From an uncultured Gemmatimonadales bacterium (GTDB taxonomy: Bacteria > Gemmatimonadota > Gemmatimonadetes > Longimicrobiales > Longimicrobiaceae): 64,000 bases of DNA. This document shows, piece by piece, positions 19,408 through 29,549 of this stretch. A program made the translations under genes and the position numbers. Every line of letters begins with the position of its first letter. Position 1 is the first letter of the stretch. The stretch spans positions 1,504,001-1,568,000 of the forward strand of contig OY970303.1 of the NCBI GenBank assembly GCA_963716255.1, in the 5' to 3' direction. The notes beneath the pieces were generated by a model, which was not told where the DNA came from, ran no database searches, and was given only the letters and a program-made list of their open reading frames with translations.

Positions 19408-20082
19408 CTACGGATCGGCGGTCACGAGGACGAGGGCGAAGCCGTCGTACCCCTTGCTCCCCACGGTCTGGATGGCGGTGGCACTCACCCGCGGCTCGGC
19501 GGCGGCGAGCTCGTTGAAGCGGCGGATCCCCCGCACGCTCTCGTCCTCGCTGGCCGCGTCGGCGACCGCGCCGTCGCGCACCACGTTGTCCACGACGATG
19601 AGGGTGCCGCGCCGCGCGAGCCGCAGCGCCCACTGGAAGTACTCGGGGGTGCTCGGCTTGTCCGCGTCGATGAACACCACGTCGAACGGCGCCAGCCCCT
19701 CCTCCGCCAGCCGCGGCAGCGTTTCCAGCGCCGGCCCCACCCGCACCTCCGCCACCCCGGCGAGCCCCGCGCGCGCCAGGTTGCCGCGCGCCACCTCGGC
19801 GTACTCCGGGCTCGCCTCCAGCGTCACCAGCCGGCCGTCCGCGGGGAGCGCCCGCGCCAGCCAGATGGTGCTGTACCCGCCCAGCGTCCCGATCTCCAGG
19901 ATGCGCCGTGCCCCCTGGAGCTTCGCCAGCAGCATCAGCAGCTTGCCCTGGTTGGGCGCCACGCCGATCGCCGGCAGCCCCGCCGCCTCGCTGGCCTCCA
20001 GCGCCGCGTCCAGGTCCGGATCCGCCGGCACCAGCAGATCGTTGATGTAGCGGTCCACGGCCGTCCACTGCTCCTGCGACAT
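19408..20082 (-). CDS. SAM-dependent O-methyltransferase (YrrM/COMT-like)
   Basis: ILEIGTLGGYST, FDVVFIDADK, VVDNVVR, GSKGYDGF. Confidence 0.92.
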   Translation of the reverse strand: MSQEQWTAVDRYINDLLVPADPDLDAALEASEAAGLPAIGVAPNQGKLLMLLAKLQGARRILEIGTLGGYSTIWLARALPADGRLVTLEASPEYAEVARGNLARAGLAGVAEVRVGPALETLPRLAEEGLAPFDVVFIDADKPSTPEYFQWALRLARRGTLIVVDNVVRDGAVADAASEDESVRGIRRFNELAAAEPRVSATAIQTVGSKGYDGFALVLVTADP

Positions 20083-20127
20083 GGCTCCTCCGGAATGGCG
20101 AGGGAAACGAGGACGCAGCTCGAACCC

Positions 20128-20257
20128 GCGTGAGGGATTCGCGCCCGGAGGGGCGAGACCCCGCGGCTGTTTGCGGGGGCTCGCCGGAGTTACGCACGGT
20201 CGTATCGTGCGTTGCTCCGCGCGAAGCCCGACCCCGGCGCCAGCCGGGGGCACGCCC
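20128..20257 (-). repeat. Structured intergenic element, subtype A (divergent, with swapped stem)
   Basis: Same termini; central stem reads CGGAG/CTCCG instead of CTCCG/CGGAG. Confidence 0.9.
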
Positions 20258-20281
20258 GACCCCGCAGTTGAAATCAGCTCC

Positions 20282-20731
20282 TCAGCGCACGGCTTCCAGG
20301 TCGGAGAGCGAATACCCCACGCCCGCGTCGTTCGCCAGCGTGCCGATGACCACCTGCGCCGGGTACGCGCGCGCGGGATGGTACGCCGCCTCCAGGTAGG
20401 TGCCGTCGCGCGCGGCCGTGGCGATCCGCTCGAACATCTCCTCCACGGTGACGCCCAGCTCCAGGCTCAGCGCCTGCCCCGTGCGGATGCTCGTCACCTT
20501 GACCACGCGGTCGTCGCGCACCTCCACGCGGACCGGCTGCGTGGCCTCCACGGGGCAGAAGCACGTGCGCGCGAGCGTGAAGCGGTAGTCGTCCAGCCCC
20601 TGCGCCTCCCACTTCCGCATCTGCTCGGCGGCCTCGCCGGAGACGGGGTCCGGCCCGGTGACGGCGGCGCACCCGCCGAGGGAAAACAGCGCGGACAGCA
20701 GGACGAGCATCGAACGAGGGTGTGTGGTCAT
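20282..20731 (-). CDS. Hypothetical lipoprotein (DUF6174-like)
   Basis: Lipobox LGGC, KWEAQGLDDYRF, TCFC, TVEEMF, YHPARAYP; GGAGG RBS. Confidence 0.75.
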   Translation of the reverse strand: MTTHPRSMLVLLSALFSLGGCAAVTGPDPVSGEAAEQMRKWEAQGLDDYRFTLARTCFCPVEATQPVRVEVRDDRVVKVTSIRTGQALSLELGVTVEEMFERIATAARDGTYLEAAYHPARAYPAQVVIGTLANDAGVGYSLSDLEAVR

Positions 20732-20837
20732 GACATGCCTCCGTGGTGTGCGTGGACGGTACGATCCGCAGGGAATGACGACCGTCGTGCCCGCCACGCC
20801 ACGCTCCAGGTAGTACGGGGCCGCCCGGCTCGGAGTT

Positions 20838-20966
20838 GCGTGAGGGATTTCGGCCCGAAGGGGCGAGACCCGCGGGCGGTTTCGCGGGGCTCGACTCCGT
20901 TACGCAGCGTTGTTTGCTGCGTTACGGAGCCGAAGCCCGACCCCGGCGCCAGCCGGGGGCACGCCC
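20838..20966 (-). repeat. Structured intergenic element, subtype A
   Basis: GCGTGAGGGAT...CACGCCC. Confidence 0.92.
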
Positions 20967-21007
20967 GAACCCGGCCGTTCGCCCGTCTCAAGCCCCCGGA
21001 TCCATCC

Positions 21008-23179
21008 TCAGAGGGGAAGCTCGACGTCCTCGCCCCACAGGTGCCGGCCGAACCACTGCCAGTTGTGCCAGGTGGCGGCCAGCTGCTCCTTCGGCTTGTC
21101 TATGCCGTGCCCGAAGCCGCGGTACACCACCAGCCGGGTCTCCACCCCCTGGTCTTGGAGCCCCTGGAAGAGCTCGTACGCGTTGGCGATGGGGACGCGC
21201 GGGTCGCGCTCGCCGTGCTGGATGAGCGTGGGCGTGCGCGCCTGCTTGACGTAGGTGATGGGCGAGGTGCGCGCGTAGACCTCCGGGTCGCTCCAGGGGG
21301 TGCCCTTGAGGTACTGGCGGGTGAAGGGGTGGATGTCGGTGTTGACGTAGTAGGTCATCCAGTCCGAGATCCCGGCGCCCACGGAGATGGCCCGGAAGCG
21401 GGTGGAGGTGGTGGTGAGGAAGGCGGAGATGTAGCCGCCCTGGCTCCACCCCATGGCCGCCATGCGGGTGGTGTCGACCACGCCCTGCTTCACCAGGTGG
21501 TCCACGCCGGAAAGCACGTCCCACGCGTCGCCCACCCCCAGGTTGCGCACGTTGAGCGCGCGGAAGCGCTCGCCGTAGCCGGCCGAGCCGCGGTAGTTGG
21601 GACGCAGCACCAGCGCGCCCTTGGCCAGCCACTGGAGCACGGGGTAGACGTAGCCGGTCACCGGCTGCGGGTAGTCGATGGAGGTGGGCCCGCCGTGGAG
21701 CACCACCATCAGCGGGTACTTGCGCGACGGGTCGAAGCCCGGCGGCCGGTGGAGCACCCCCTCCACGCGCGCGCCGTCGGTGCTCGTCCAGCTCACCGTC
21801 TCGCTGGTGCCCAGCCCCCACGACGCGATCTGCCGCGACATGTCCGTGACCGCCACGGGGCGGTACGAGGCCAGGGTGGCGCGGTACACCTCGGGGAGGG
21901 TGGCGGGCGTCTGCCCCACCAGCGCCAGCGTGCGCCCGTCCGCCGAGAAGTCCACGGCGGTCACCACCTCCGGCGCGCGGGAGATGCGCCGCGTGCGCCC
22001 GGTCCGCCCGTCCACGGCGTACAGGCCGCGCTCGGTCCCGCTCCAGGCGAGCAGGTGGATGCCGGCGGGGGTCCAGGTGTAGCTCCCCACCTGCTCGTCC
22101 AGGTCGGCGGCCAGCCGCTCGGGGGTCCCGCCGGCGGCGGGGACGCGGGCCAGTTGCCCGTTGGTGTAGAAGCTGGACACGGTGTCCCCGGCCGAGGTGG
22201 AGAACAGCACCCACCGCGAGTCGGGCGACCACACGGGGCCGCCCTCGTACCCCGGCCCCGCCACCAGGGCGCGCCCGGGGCCGCCCGCGGCGGGGACGAT
22301 CCACACGTCGGCGCTGTTGGTGGCGTTGATCCCGGGGTCGGAGCGGCGCTCGTAGGCGATGCTGCTCCCGTCCGGCGACCAGGCGAAGCCGCTCACGGTG
22401 AAGCCGCGCCCGCCGGTGAGGCGGCGCGGCTCGGGGATGGCGGCGCACCCGGGGCCCACGCGCGCGGTGCCGCCGGGGGAGGCGGCGGAGTCGGCCCGCG
22501 GGGCGCCGGCGCCCGCGGAGTCCGCGCGGGCGGGGTCGGCCCGGGTGGAGTCGGGGCGGGCGGGGCAGGCGTCGCCTCCGGGGAGCTCGTCCGGGGCCAC
22601 GTCCACCACCCACAGGTGCGACTGGCGGAACTCGGCGTCCTCCACCGCGAAGTCGCCGTAGCGCTCGCGCCGCTTCCGCATGGCCTCGTCCTCGGGCTCC
22701 TGCGCGGCGAAGGCGATGCGGCGCCCGTCGGGCGACCAGCGGAAGGCGCCCACGCCCTCCTTCCACGAGGTCAGCTTGCGCGCCTCGCCCCCGGCGGCGC
22801 GCACCAGGTACACCTGGGAGCGGTCGCCGCGGTCGGCGGCGAAGGCGATCCAGCGCCCGTCCGGCGACCAGCGCGGCCCGGTGCTGCTCCCCTTCTCGGT
22901 GCGGGTGAGCTGGAAGGGCTCCTCGCCCTGCCGGGCCAGCCAGACCTCGGTGTCGAAGCGGTTCTCGCGCCAGTCCGTGGTGCGCACGGTGAAGGCGACG
23001 GCGCGGCCGTCCGGGGAGATGGCGGGCGAGCCGGCGCTGCGCAGCCCGATGACGTCCTCGAAGGCGGGGCCGGGAACGCGGGCCTGGGAGGCCAGCGCGA
23101 CGGGCGCGGCGGCGCAGGCGAGCAGGGCGGCGAGCGTGGCCGCCGGCGTGATGGGGGCCGTGCGGGAGCGACGGGTCAT
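21008..23179 (-). CDS. S9 family peptidase (prolyl oligopeptidase/acylaminoacyl peptidase) with beta-propeller
   Basis: Signal peptide, repeated WSPDG, HGGP, NYRGS, nucleophile GWSQGG, HGERDPRV, GFGHG. Confidence 0.93.
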   Translation of the reverse strand: MTRRSRTAPITPAATLAALLACAAAPVALASQARVPGPAFEDVIGLRSAGSPAISPDGRAVAFTVRTTDWRENRFDTEVWLARQGEEPFQLTRTEKGSSTGPRWSPDGRWIAFAADRGDRSQVYLVRAAGGEARKLTSWKEGVGAFRWSPDGRRIAFAAQEPEDEAMRKRRERYGDFAVEDAEFRQSHLWVVDVAPDELPGGDACPARPDSTRADPARADSAGAGAPRADSAASPGGTARVGPGCAAIPEPRRLTGGRGFTVSGFAWSPDGSSIAYERRSDPGINATNSADVWIVPAAGGPGRALVAGPGYEGGPVWSPDSRWVLFSTSAGDTVSSFYTNGQLARVPAAGGTPERLAADLDEQVGSYTWTPAGIHLLAWSGTERGLYAVDGRTGRTRRISRAPEVVTAVDFSADGRTLALVGQTPATLPEVYRATLASYRPVAVTDMSRQIASWGLGTSETVSWTSTDGARVEGVLHRPPGFDPSRKYPLMVVLHGGPTSIDYPQPVTGYVYPVLQWLAKGALVLRPNYRGSAGYGERFRALNVRNLGVGDAWDVLSGVDHLVKQGVVDTTRMAAMGWSQGGYISAFLTTTSTRFRAISVGAGISDWMTYYVNTDIHPFTRQYLKGTPWSDPEVYARTSPITYVKQARTPTLIQHGERDPRVPIANAYELFQGLQDQGVETRLVVYRGFGHGIDKPKEQLAATWHNWQWFGRHLWGEDVELPL

Positions 23180-23412
23180 GGAGGGTTCTCCGGGAGCGGC
23201 CGGGCCGGGTAGAAGGGGGCTGGGCGACGCACACAACGTCGGGCGCGGCGCGGCGGCGCACAAGGGCGGCGGACGCGGGAGTTGTGGGGCGGCGCCGGGT
23301 TCGCGATGTTGACGGTCGGCGCCCGCCGTCCCAACCCCGCGGGCGCGGGCGGTGTCCTACCCGGGAGCCCCGCACCCGCCGGTGCCGCCCTCCACCCCCC
23401 ACCGTGCCGCCG

Positions 23413-25443
23413 ATGCCACTCCCCAGGTCCGTACTCGCCGCTCCGCTGGCGCTCGCGCTGCTCGCCGCGGGCGCCGCCGCGCAGACTCCCGCCGCCGCCC
23501 TGAACCCGGCGGACGTGGACACCACCTGCGCCCCGTGCCGCAACTTCTACCGCTTCGCCACGGGCGGGTGGGAGAAGCGCACCCCCATCCCGCCCGCCTA
23601 CTCCTCGTGGAGCAGCTTCAACGAGCTGGCCGACCGCAACCAGGCCGTGCTCCGCGGCATCCTGGAAACGGCCGCGCGCGAGGCGGAAACCACCGCCGAG
23701 GCGGACCGCCGCCGGCTGGGCCGCTTCTACGCCACCTGCATGGACAGCGCGCGCGCCGAGTCGGAGGGCGCCGCGCCCATCGCCGACGACCTGCGGCGCG
23801 TCGCGGCGGTGCGCACCCGCGAGCAGCTGGGCGCGGAGATCGCGCGGCTGCACGCGGCCGGGCTGGACCTGGTCTTCAACGGCGGCGCCACGCGCGACGA
23901 CCGCGACAGCCGCCGCACCATCTTCCAGGCGGCGCAGGGCGGGATGGGGCTGCGCGACCGCGACTTCTACTTCCAGGCGGACTCCGCCGGGCGGAAGATG
24001 CGGGCGGACTATCGCGACCACGTGGCCGCCGTGCTGCGGCTGCTGGGCGACTCGCCCGCCGCGGCCTCGGCGGGCGCGGAGCGGGTGCTGGCGCTGGAAA
24101 CGGCGCTCGCCGAGGGGGCCATGAACCGCCTTCAGCAGCGCGATCCCGACGCGCAGTACAACCTGATGTCCGTGGCCGCGGCGCAGGCGCTCGCCCCGGC
24201 CTTTTCCTGGGCCGGGTACCTGCGGGCGCAGGGGCTGGAGCGGGTGGACTCGCTCAACATCGCCCAGCCCGCCTTCTTCCGGGGGCTGGGGCGCGCCCTG
24301 GCGGAGCGCCCGCTGGACGACTGGAAGACCTACCTGCGCTTCCACCTGGCGGGCCGCGCCTCCCCCTGGCTGAGCTCCGCCTTCGCGCGGCAGGACTTCG
24401 CCTACGCGTCCGTTCTTTCCGGAGTGCGGCAGATGCAGCCCCGCTGGCGCCAGTGCCTGGGGCGGGCGGACGACCTGCTGGGCGAAGCGCTGGGGCGCGA
24501 GTACGCCGCCGTGGCCTTCACCCCGGAGGCCAAGGCGCAGATGAACGAGATGATCGACAACCTGTTCGCCGTGTACCGGGAGCGCATCCGCACGGTGCCG
24601 TGGATGGGCGAGGAGACGCGGCGGCAGGCGCTGTCCAAGCTGTCGACCTTCGACCGCAAGATCGGCTACCCGGAGCGCTGGCGCGACTACTCGGGCTTCG
24701 AGGTGGAGCCGGGGAGCTTCTACGCCAACGTGCGCCGCGGGCAGGCCTTCGAGGCGAGGCGCGAGCGGGGGCAGATCGGGGCGCCGGTGGACCGGACGGA
24801 GTGGGCCATGACGGTGCCCACCGTGAACGCCTACTACTCGTCCAACAGCAACGAGATCGTCTTCCCGGCGGGGCGCCTGCAGTCGCCCTTCTTCCACCCG
24901 GCGTACGACATCGGCGCCAACTACGGCGGGATCGGCGCCACCATCGGCCACGAGGTGTCGCACGGCTTCGACGACCAGGGGCGCAAGTTCGACGCGCAGG
25001 GGAACCTGCGGGACTGGTGGACGGCGGACGACGCGGCCCGCTTCGGGGAGCTGGCGGGGCGGGTGGAGCGCCAGTACGGCGCCTACACCGTGCTGGACAG
25101 CCTGCACCTGAACGCAAAGCAGACCATGGGCGAGAACATCGCCGACGTGGCGGGGGTCGCCATCGCCTTCCAGGCCCTGCAGCGCGCGCTGCAGGGGAAG
25201 CCGCGGGAGCTGATCGACGGCTACACGCCGGAGCAGCGCTTCTTCCTGGCGTACGCGCAGGCCCGCCGGCAGGTGTGGCGCGACCCGGCGCTGCGCATCC
25301 AGGTGCAGACGGGGGTGCACTCCCCCGGCGAGTTCCGCGTCAACGGTCCGCTCGCCAACATGCCGGAGTTCGCGGCGGCCTGGGGGTGCAAGGCGGGCGA
25401 TCCCATGGTGCGGCCGGAGGCGGAGCGGGTGAGGATCTGGTAG
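23413..25443 (+). CDS. M13 family metallopeptidase (PepO/neprilysin-like)
   Basis: VNAYY, HEVSH (HExxH), GENIAD, HSPGEFRVNG; signal peptide. Confidence 0.94.
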   Translation: MPLPRSVLAAPLALALLAAGAAAQTPAAALNPADVDTTCAPCRNFYRFATGGWEKRTPIPPAYSSWSSFNELADRNQAVLRGILETAAREAETTAEADRRRLGRFYATCMDSARAESEGAAPIADDLRRVAAVRTREQLGAEIARLHAAGLDLVFNGGATRDDRDSRRTIFQAAQGGMGLRDRDFYFQADSAGRKMRADYRDHVAAVLRLLGDSPAAASAGAERVLALETALAEGAMNRLQQRDPDAQYNLMSVAAAQALAPAFSWAGYLRAQGLERVDSLNIAQPAFFRGLGRALAERPLDDWKTYLRFHLAGRASPWLSSAFARQDFAYASVLSGVRQMQPRWRQCLGRADDLLGEALGREYAAVAFTPEAKAQMNEMIDNLFAVYRERIRTVPWMGEETRRQALSKLSTFDRKIGYPERWRDYSGFEVEPGSFYANVRRGQAFEARRERGQIGAPVDRTEWAMTVPTVNAYYSSNSNEIVFPAGRLQSPFFHPAYDIGANYGGIGATIGHEVSHGFDDQGRKFDAQGNLRDWWTADDAARFGELAGRVERQYGAYTVLDSLHLNAKQTMGENIADVAGVAIAFQALQRALQGKPRELIDGYTPEQRFFLAYAQARRQVWRDPALRIQVQTGVHSPGEFRVNGPLANMPEFAAAWGCKAGDPMVRPEAERVRIW

Positions 25444-25475
25444 ACGAATACGAAGTGGGTTGAACGGCAGGGTTC

Positions 25476-25605
25476 GGGCGTGCCCCCCGCGGGGCGCGGG
25501 GGTCGGGCTTCGGCTCCGTAACGCAGCAAACAACGCTGCGTAACGGAGTCGAGCCCGCGCAAACAGCCGCGCGGTCTCGCCCCTTCGGGCCGTAATCCCT
25601 CACGC
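25476..25605 (+). repeat. Structured intergenic element, subtype A
   Basis: Same termini; first hairpin variant CCCCCGCG/CGCGGGGG. Confidence 0.92.
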
Positions 25606-25672
25606 AGGCTCCGGCGTGACCGCGAGATCCGGCGGTCGCTCCCCTGCCCGCTCGCTCCAAACAGCCAGCGAG

Positions 25673-25706
25673 CGCGCCCCCGCCGGGATCTCCCGGCGGG
25701 GGCGCG
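25673..25706. repeat. Palindromic REP-like element, copy 3
   Basis: CGCGCCCCCGCCGGGA-TC-TCCCGGCGGGGGCGCG. Confidence 0.7.
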
Positions 25707-25820
25707 TCGTTGGGCCCTCCCCCGGCTCGCTTGAGGCTCGCCACCCGGGTCCTTCATCCGGTTCACGCGAAGCGTGAAGCGCCTTCCTGGGAGAGGGGAC
25801 CAACTGCGGCCCCGGTGTAG

Positions 25821-25867
25821 TTCTCCCCCTCTCCCGCTTGCGGGGGAGGGGGCCGGGGGGAGGGGGC
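25821..25867. repeat. CCCTCTCCC/GGGGGAGGG REP-like hairpin
   Basis: TTCTCCCCCTCTCCCGCTTGCGGGGGAGGGGGCCGGGGGGAGGGGGC. Confidence 0.72.
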
Positions 25868-25892
25868 CCCAGCGGACGCCGGCGCGATCCCC

Positions 25893-26023
25893 GCGTGAGG
25901 GATTTCGGCCCGAAGGGGCGAGACCCCGCGGGCAGTTTCGCGGGGGCTCGACTCCGTTAGCCCGCGTTGTTTGCGGGCTTACGGAGCCGAAGCCCGACCC
26001 CGGCGCCAGCCGGGGACACGCCC
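25893..26023 (-). repeat. Structured intergenic element, subtype A
   Basis: One visible difference from the 18529 copy. Confidence 0.93.
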
Positions 26024-26054
26024 GAACCCGCCGGTTCTCCTGATCCCCGCTGGT

Positions 26055-27290
26055 CTACGAAAGCGTATCGGAAACCACGGTCTCGAACAGACGGCGGCGG
26101 AGCTGCTGCATGTCCACCTCGTGGCGGGGAAGGTAGGTGCGGTTGGCGAGCAGGACCACCCACGTGCGCGACACCGGGTCCACCCACAGCGACGTGCCCG
26201 TGACGCCGGTGTGGCCGAAGCCGTAGACCTGGCGGCACGGCTCGCGGTCGGGGACCACGCCCTCGCGGCAGTACACTTCCCACCCCAGGGCCCGCGTCCC
26301 CGCCCCGGGCTGCGGGGTGGTGAAGGCGCGCACGGTGCGCCGCCGGAAGACGCGCGCGCTCCCCAGCCGCCCGTCGTTTGCGATCATGGCGGCGAAGCGG
26401 GCCAGGTCGCGCGCCGTGGAAAAGGCCCCGGCGTTGCCGGCGACGCCGTCCAGCCGGCGGGCCACCTCGTCGTACGAGCCGCCCGCGTAGGGCGTGTCGC
26501 GCTCCTCCAGGTGCATGGTGGGGGCGCAGCGGGCGCACCCCACGGCGACGCCCACCCCGGTGGACTCCATCCCCAGCGGTCCCCACACGCGGCGGCGCAG
26601 GTAGCGCGGCAGCGGCTCCCCGGCGGCGCGCTCGGCGGCGAGCCACAGCACCACGAAGCCCAGGTCGGAGTACAGCACGTCCTCCCCCGGCTCCAGCGTC
26701 AGCGGCAGGTCCAGCAGGAAGCGCCGGGTCGCGGCGGGCGTCGCACCCTCGATCTCCACCGCCCCGGCGCGCGCTCCGGAGGTGTGCGTGAGGAGCTGGC
26801 GCACCGTCACGCGGTCCTTGCCCTCACCGCGCCACCCGGGGAGGTAGCGGCGCACCGGGGCGTCCACGTCCATCCTCCCGTCCTCCACCAGCGCCATCAC
26901 CGCCGCCGTGGTGGCGACCACCTTGGTGAGCGAGGCCAGGTCGTACAGCGTCCGGTCCGGGTCCACGGGCGCCGCCGCCGTGTCCCACCCCACCCGCCCG
27001 AAGCCCTCCACCGTCTGCACCAGCTCGCGGTTCCCCACCGCCAGCGCCGCCCCGGGAAAGGCCTCCCCCCGCACCCGGCCGCGCACCAGCCCCTCCGCGG
27101 CCGCCAGGGCGGCGGGCGGAACCGGGGCGGCCGCGGGGGTGAGGAAGCGGTCCACCACCTCCACCGGGCCGGCGCCCACGTCCGGGCCGGGGCCGGGGTC
27201 GCTGCACCCGGCGAGCGCGGCGGCCAGCACCGCGGCGGCGAGCGTGGGGGCGGCCGTCCGCCGGGGGCGGCACGGGGGCGTGCGGGGCAT
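26055..27290 (-). CDS. Serine hydrolase, beta-lactamase/AmpC family, lipoprotein
   Basis: SxxK (ASLTK), LLTHTSG, YSD, GHTG; lipobox LAGC. Confidence 0.88.
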   Translation of the reverse strand: MPRTPPCRPRRTAAPTLAAAVLAAALAGCSDPGPGPDVGAGPVEVVDRFLTPAAAPVPPAALAAAEGLVRGRVRGEAFPGAALAVGNRELVQTVEGFGRVGWDTAAAPVDPDRTLYDLASLTKVVATTAAVMALVEDGRMDVDAPVRRYLPGWRGEGKDRVTVRQLLTHTSGARAGAVEIEGATPAATRRFLLDLPLTLEPGEDVLYSDLGFVVLWLAAERAAGEPLPRYLRRRVWGPLGMESTGVGVAVGCARCAPTMHLEERDTPYAGGSYDEVARRLDGVAGNAGAFSTARDLARFAAMIANDGRLGSARVFRRRTVRAFTTPQPGAGTRALGWEVYCREGVVPDREPCRQVYGFGHTGVTGTSLWVDPVSRTWVVLLANRTYLPRHEVDMQQLRRRLFETVVSDTLS

Positions 27291-27445
27291 GGGCCTCGGG
27301 GTCCGGGAGCGGGGCGCGGTCGGGACGGCGGCGGGGCATGCAGGGAGCTTGCCGCGGCCGCGGGTCGCCGGACTACGCGGCGCGCGACCCGCCGGGTTTC
27401 GCGGCGGCGCGGCTCCATCCGCCGCAGGCAAACCGTCCGGGGTAG

Positions 27446-27478
27446 TTGCGCTCGGGCGAACGATTCTTTATCGTAGCT
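27446..27478 (+). promoter_or_regulatory. Promoter upstream of the halogenase (motif shared with the NRPS promoter)
   Basis: TTGCGC-17 bp-TATCGT; full motif GTTGCGC-N13-TCTTTATCGTAGCT. Confidence 0.65.
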
Positions 27479-27946
27479 GGTAGAACACGCACACTTAGCG
27501 ACACCACACCCTCAGATGGTCGTCGAGCCGCGGGTTCTTTCCCCACGGCCGGGTCCCCCGACAGGAAATTTCGTCGCGAGCACCCGTCGTCCGCGGGTGG
27601 CCCCATGCAGCAGTCTCCCGGGAGCGCCGAGCCCAGGAACCGTCCCGGCCGCCGGTCGCCATGGCGCCGCGCAGGACGCTCCAGCCGGTGATCCGCCGCT
27701 CCGCGCCCTCGCGGACGTGGATCGCGGCCGAGGCCGGAGACGCCGCAGCCATCCGCACCGCGGAACCGGCGCCGACCCGCGAATTCCCTTTCCGCTCTGC
27801 GGCAGGCCGATCCGGCGGGTCGCCCGGGCCGTGCGACGCGGACCGGGACCGCCGCATGCTCGCCTCCCGCGCGCCTGAACCCTCGTAGCACCACCCGCGG
27901 CACGCCCGCCTCACCGGAAGCCCCTCACCCATCGAGAGAGGAAAAG

Positions 27947-29392
27947 ATGGAACGCACGACACAGGTGTTGGTTGTTGGAGGTGGCCCCGCCGGGTCCACT
28001 GCGGCCACGCTGCTGGCGCGGGAGGGCTTCCAGGTCACCCTGATCGAGCGGGAGATCTTTCCCCGCTACCACATCGGCGAGTCGCTCCTGGTGGCGCTCA
28101 ACCACGTGTTCGACTACCTGGGTCTGCGCGAGAAGATGGAAGCCCACGGCTTCCAGAAGAAGACCGGGGCCTTCTTCGAATGGGGCACCGAGCGCTGGCT
28201 GTTCGACTGGAGCAAGCTGCCCGGCGCCTACCGCTCCTCCTTCCAGGTCAAGCGGTCCGAGTTCGACCAGCTCCTCCTGGAGCACGCCAAGAGCCAGGGA
28301 GTGCAGGTGTACGAGGGAACCGCCGTGCGCACCCTCTCGTTCGAGGGGGACCGGCCCGTGAGCGCGAGCTGGCAGGTCGTGGGCGGGAGCGATGCCGGCG
28401 AGATCGCGTTCGACTACCTGGTGGACGCCTCCGGCCGGTCCGGGATCATGGCGAACCGCTACCTGCGCTCGCGCCGCCACAACGAGGCGTTCCGGAACAT
28501 CGCGGTGTGGGGCTACTGGCGGGGTGTCAAGCAGCCGGAAGTGGGTCTCACCGGGCCCATCCTGGTGGGCTCCCTCCCGGAAGGGTGGACGTGGACCATC
28601 CCGCTGCACGACGGCACCACCAGCGTGGGGCTCGTGGTGCACGAGGACTGGCTCAAGGAGCGGCGCGCCACGGCCTCGATCATGGACATCTACCTGGACG
28701 GGATCGCGCGCTCGCGGCTGGCCAGCGAAGCGGTCGCCGGCGCGGAGATGGAATCCGAGCTGCGCACGGAGGGCGACTACTCCTACCTGTCCGAAGTCCT
28801 CTCCGGACCCGGGTACTTCCTCTCGGGGGACAGCGCCGCGTTCCTGGACCCGCTCCTGTCTTCCGGGGTGCACCTCGCCACGTACAGCGGGATGCTGGCC
28901 GCCGCCGCCCTGTCGAGCATCATGCGCGGGGAGATCACGGAGGACGAAGCCTCGGCGTTCTACTCCACGTGCTACCGGGAGCACTACCTGCGCTGGATGC
29001 TCATCGTCTCCTCGTTCTACGACCAGAACGCGGGCAAGGAGTCGTACTTCTGGGAGGCGCAGCGGCTGAGCACGGGCGACCTCAACGCGAGCGACGCCAA
29101 GCTGGCGTTCACCAACGTGGTGGCGGGGATCGAGGACCTCAAGGAGGCGCGCCAGACCAACCTGCTGGCGGAGATCTCCACGCGCATGCGCGAGAACCTG
29201 GGCCACAAGGCCGAGGACGGCGGGGACGGGATCGTGGGCACGCCCTTCTCCGACCTGATCAACGAGGAAGACCTCAAGGGGCTCCCGGAGGCGCTGGGCT
29301 TCCGCGTCGTCACCGAGCCGCGGCTGGGGATCAGGCGCGTCGCCGAGCCGGCACGGGCGGAGCCCATCACGGCGGAGCCCGTCATGGCGTGA
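27947..29392 (+). CDS. Flavin-dependent halogenase
   Basis: GGGPAG, FPRYHIGESL, Lys-containing GFQKKTG, WxWxIP (WTWTIP), GDSAAFLDPLLSSGV. Confidence 0.88.
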   Translation: MERTTQVLVVGGGPAGSTAATLLAREGFQVTLIEREIFPRYHIGESLLVALNHVFDYLGLREKMEAHGFQKKTGAFFEWGTERWLFDWSKLPGAYRSSFQVKRSEFDQLLLEHAKSQGVQVYEGTAVRTLSFEGDRPVSASWQVVGGSDAGEIAFDYLVDASGRSGIMANRYLRSRRHNEAFRNIAVWGYWRGVKQPEVGLTGPILVGSLPEGWTWTIPLHDGTTSVGLVVHEDWLKERRATASIMDIYLDGIARSRLASEAVAGAEMESELRTEGDYSYLSEVLSGPGYFLSGDSAAFLDPLLSSGVHLATYSGMLAAAALSSIMRGEITEDEASAFYSTCYREHYLRWMLIVSSFYDQNAGKESYFWEAQRLSTGDLNASDAKLAFTNVVAGIEDLKEARQTNLLAEISTRMRENLGHKAEDGGDGIVGTPFSDLINEEDLKGLPEALGFRVVTEPRLGIRRVAEPARAEPITAEPVMA

Positions 29393-29416
29393 TGGCCGGT
29401 TCTTGACGGCGGGTTC

Positions 29417-29547
29417 GGGCGTGCCCCCGGCTGGCGCCGGGGTCGGGCTTCGGCTCCGTAAGCCCGCAAACAACGCGGGCTAACGGAGTCGAGCCCCCGC
29501 GAAACTGCCCGCGGGGTCTCGCCCCTTCGGGCCGTAATCCCTCACGC
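29417..29547 (+). repeat. Structured intergenic element, subtype A
   Basis: One visible difference from the 18529 copy. Confidence 0.93.
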
Positions 29548-29549
29548 AG

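Noticed and set aside
20836..21254. Recurring peptides such as REGFRPEGARP..YGAEARPRRQPGARP in the ORF track
   Set aside because: They are translations of the repeat in various frames. The changes between copies preserve base pairing rather than codons, and small indels occur.
27480..27946. Riboswitch or leader peptide in the long halogenase leader
   Set aside because: No recognisable aptamer consensus or convincing small ORF with an RBS; an Rfam scan would be needed.
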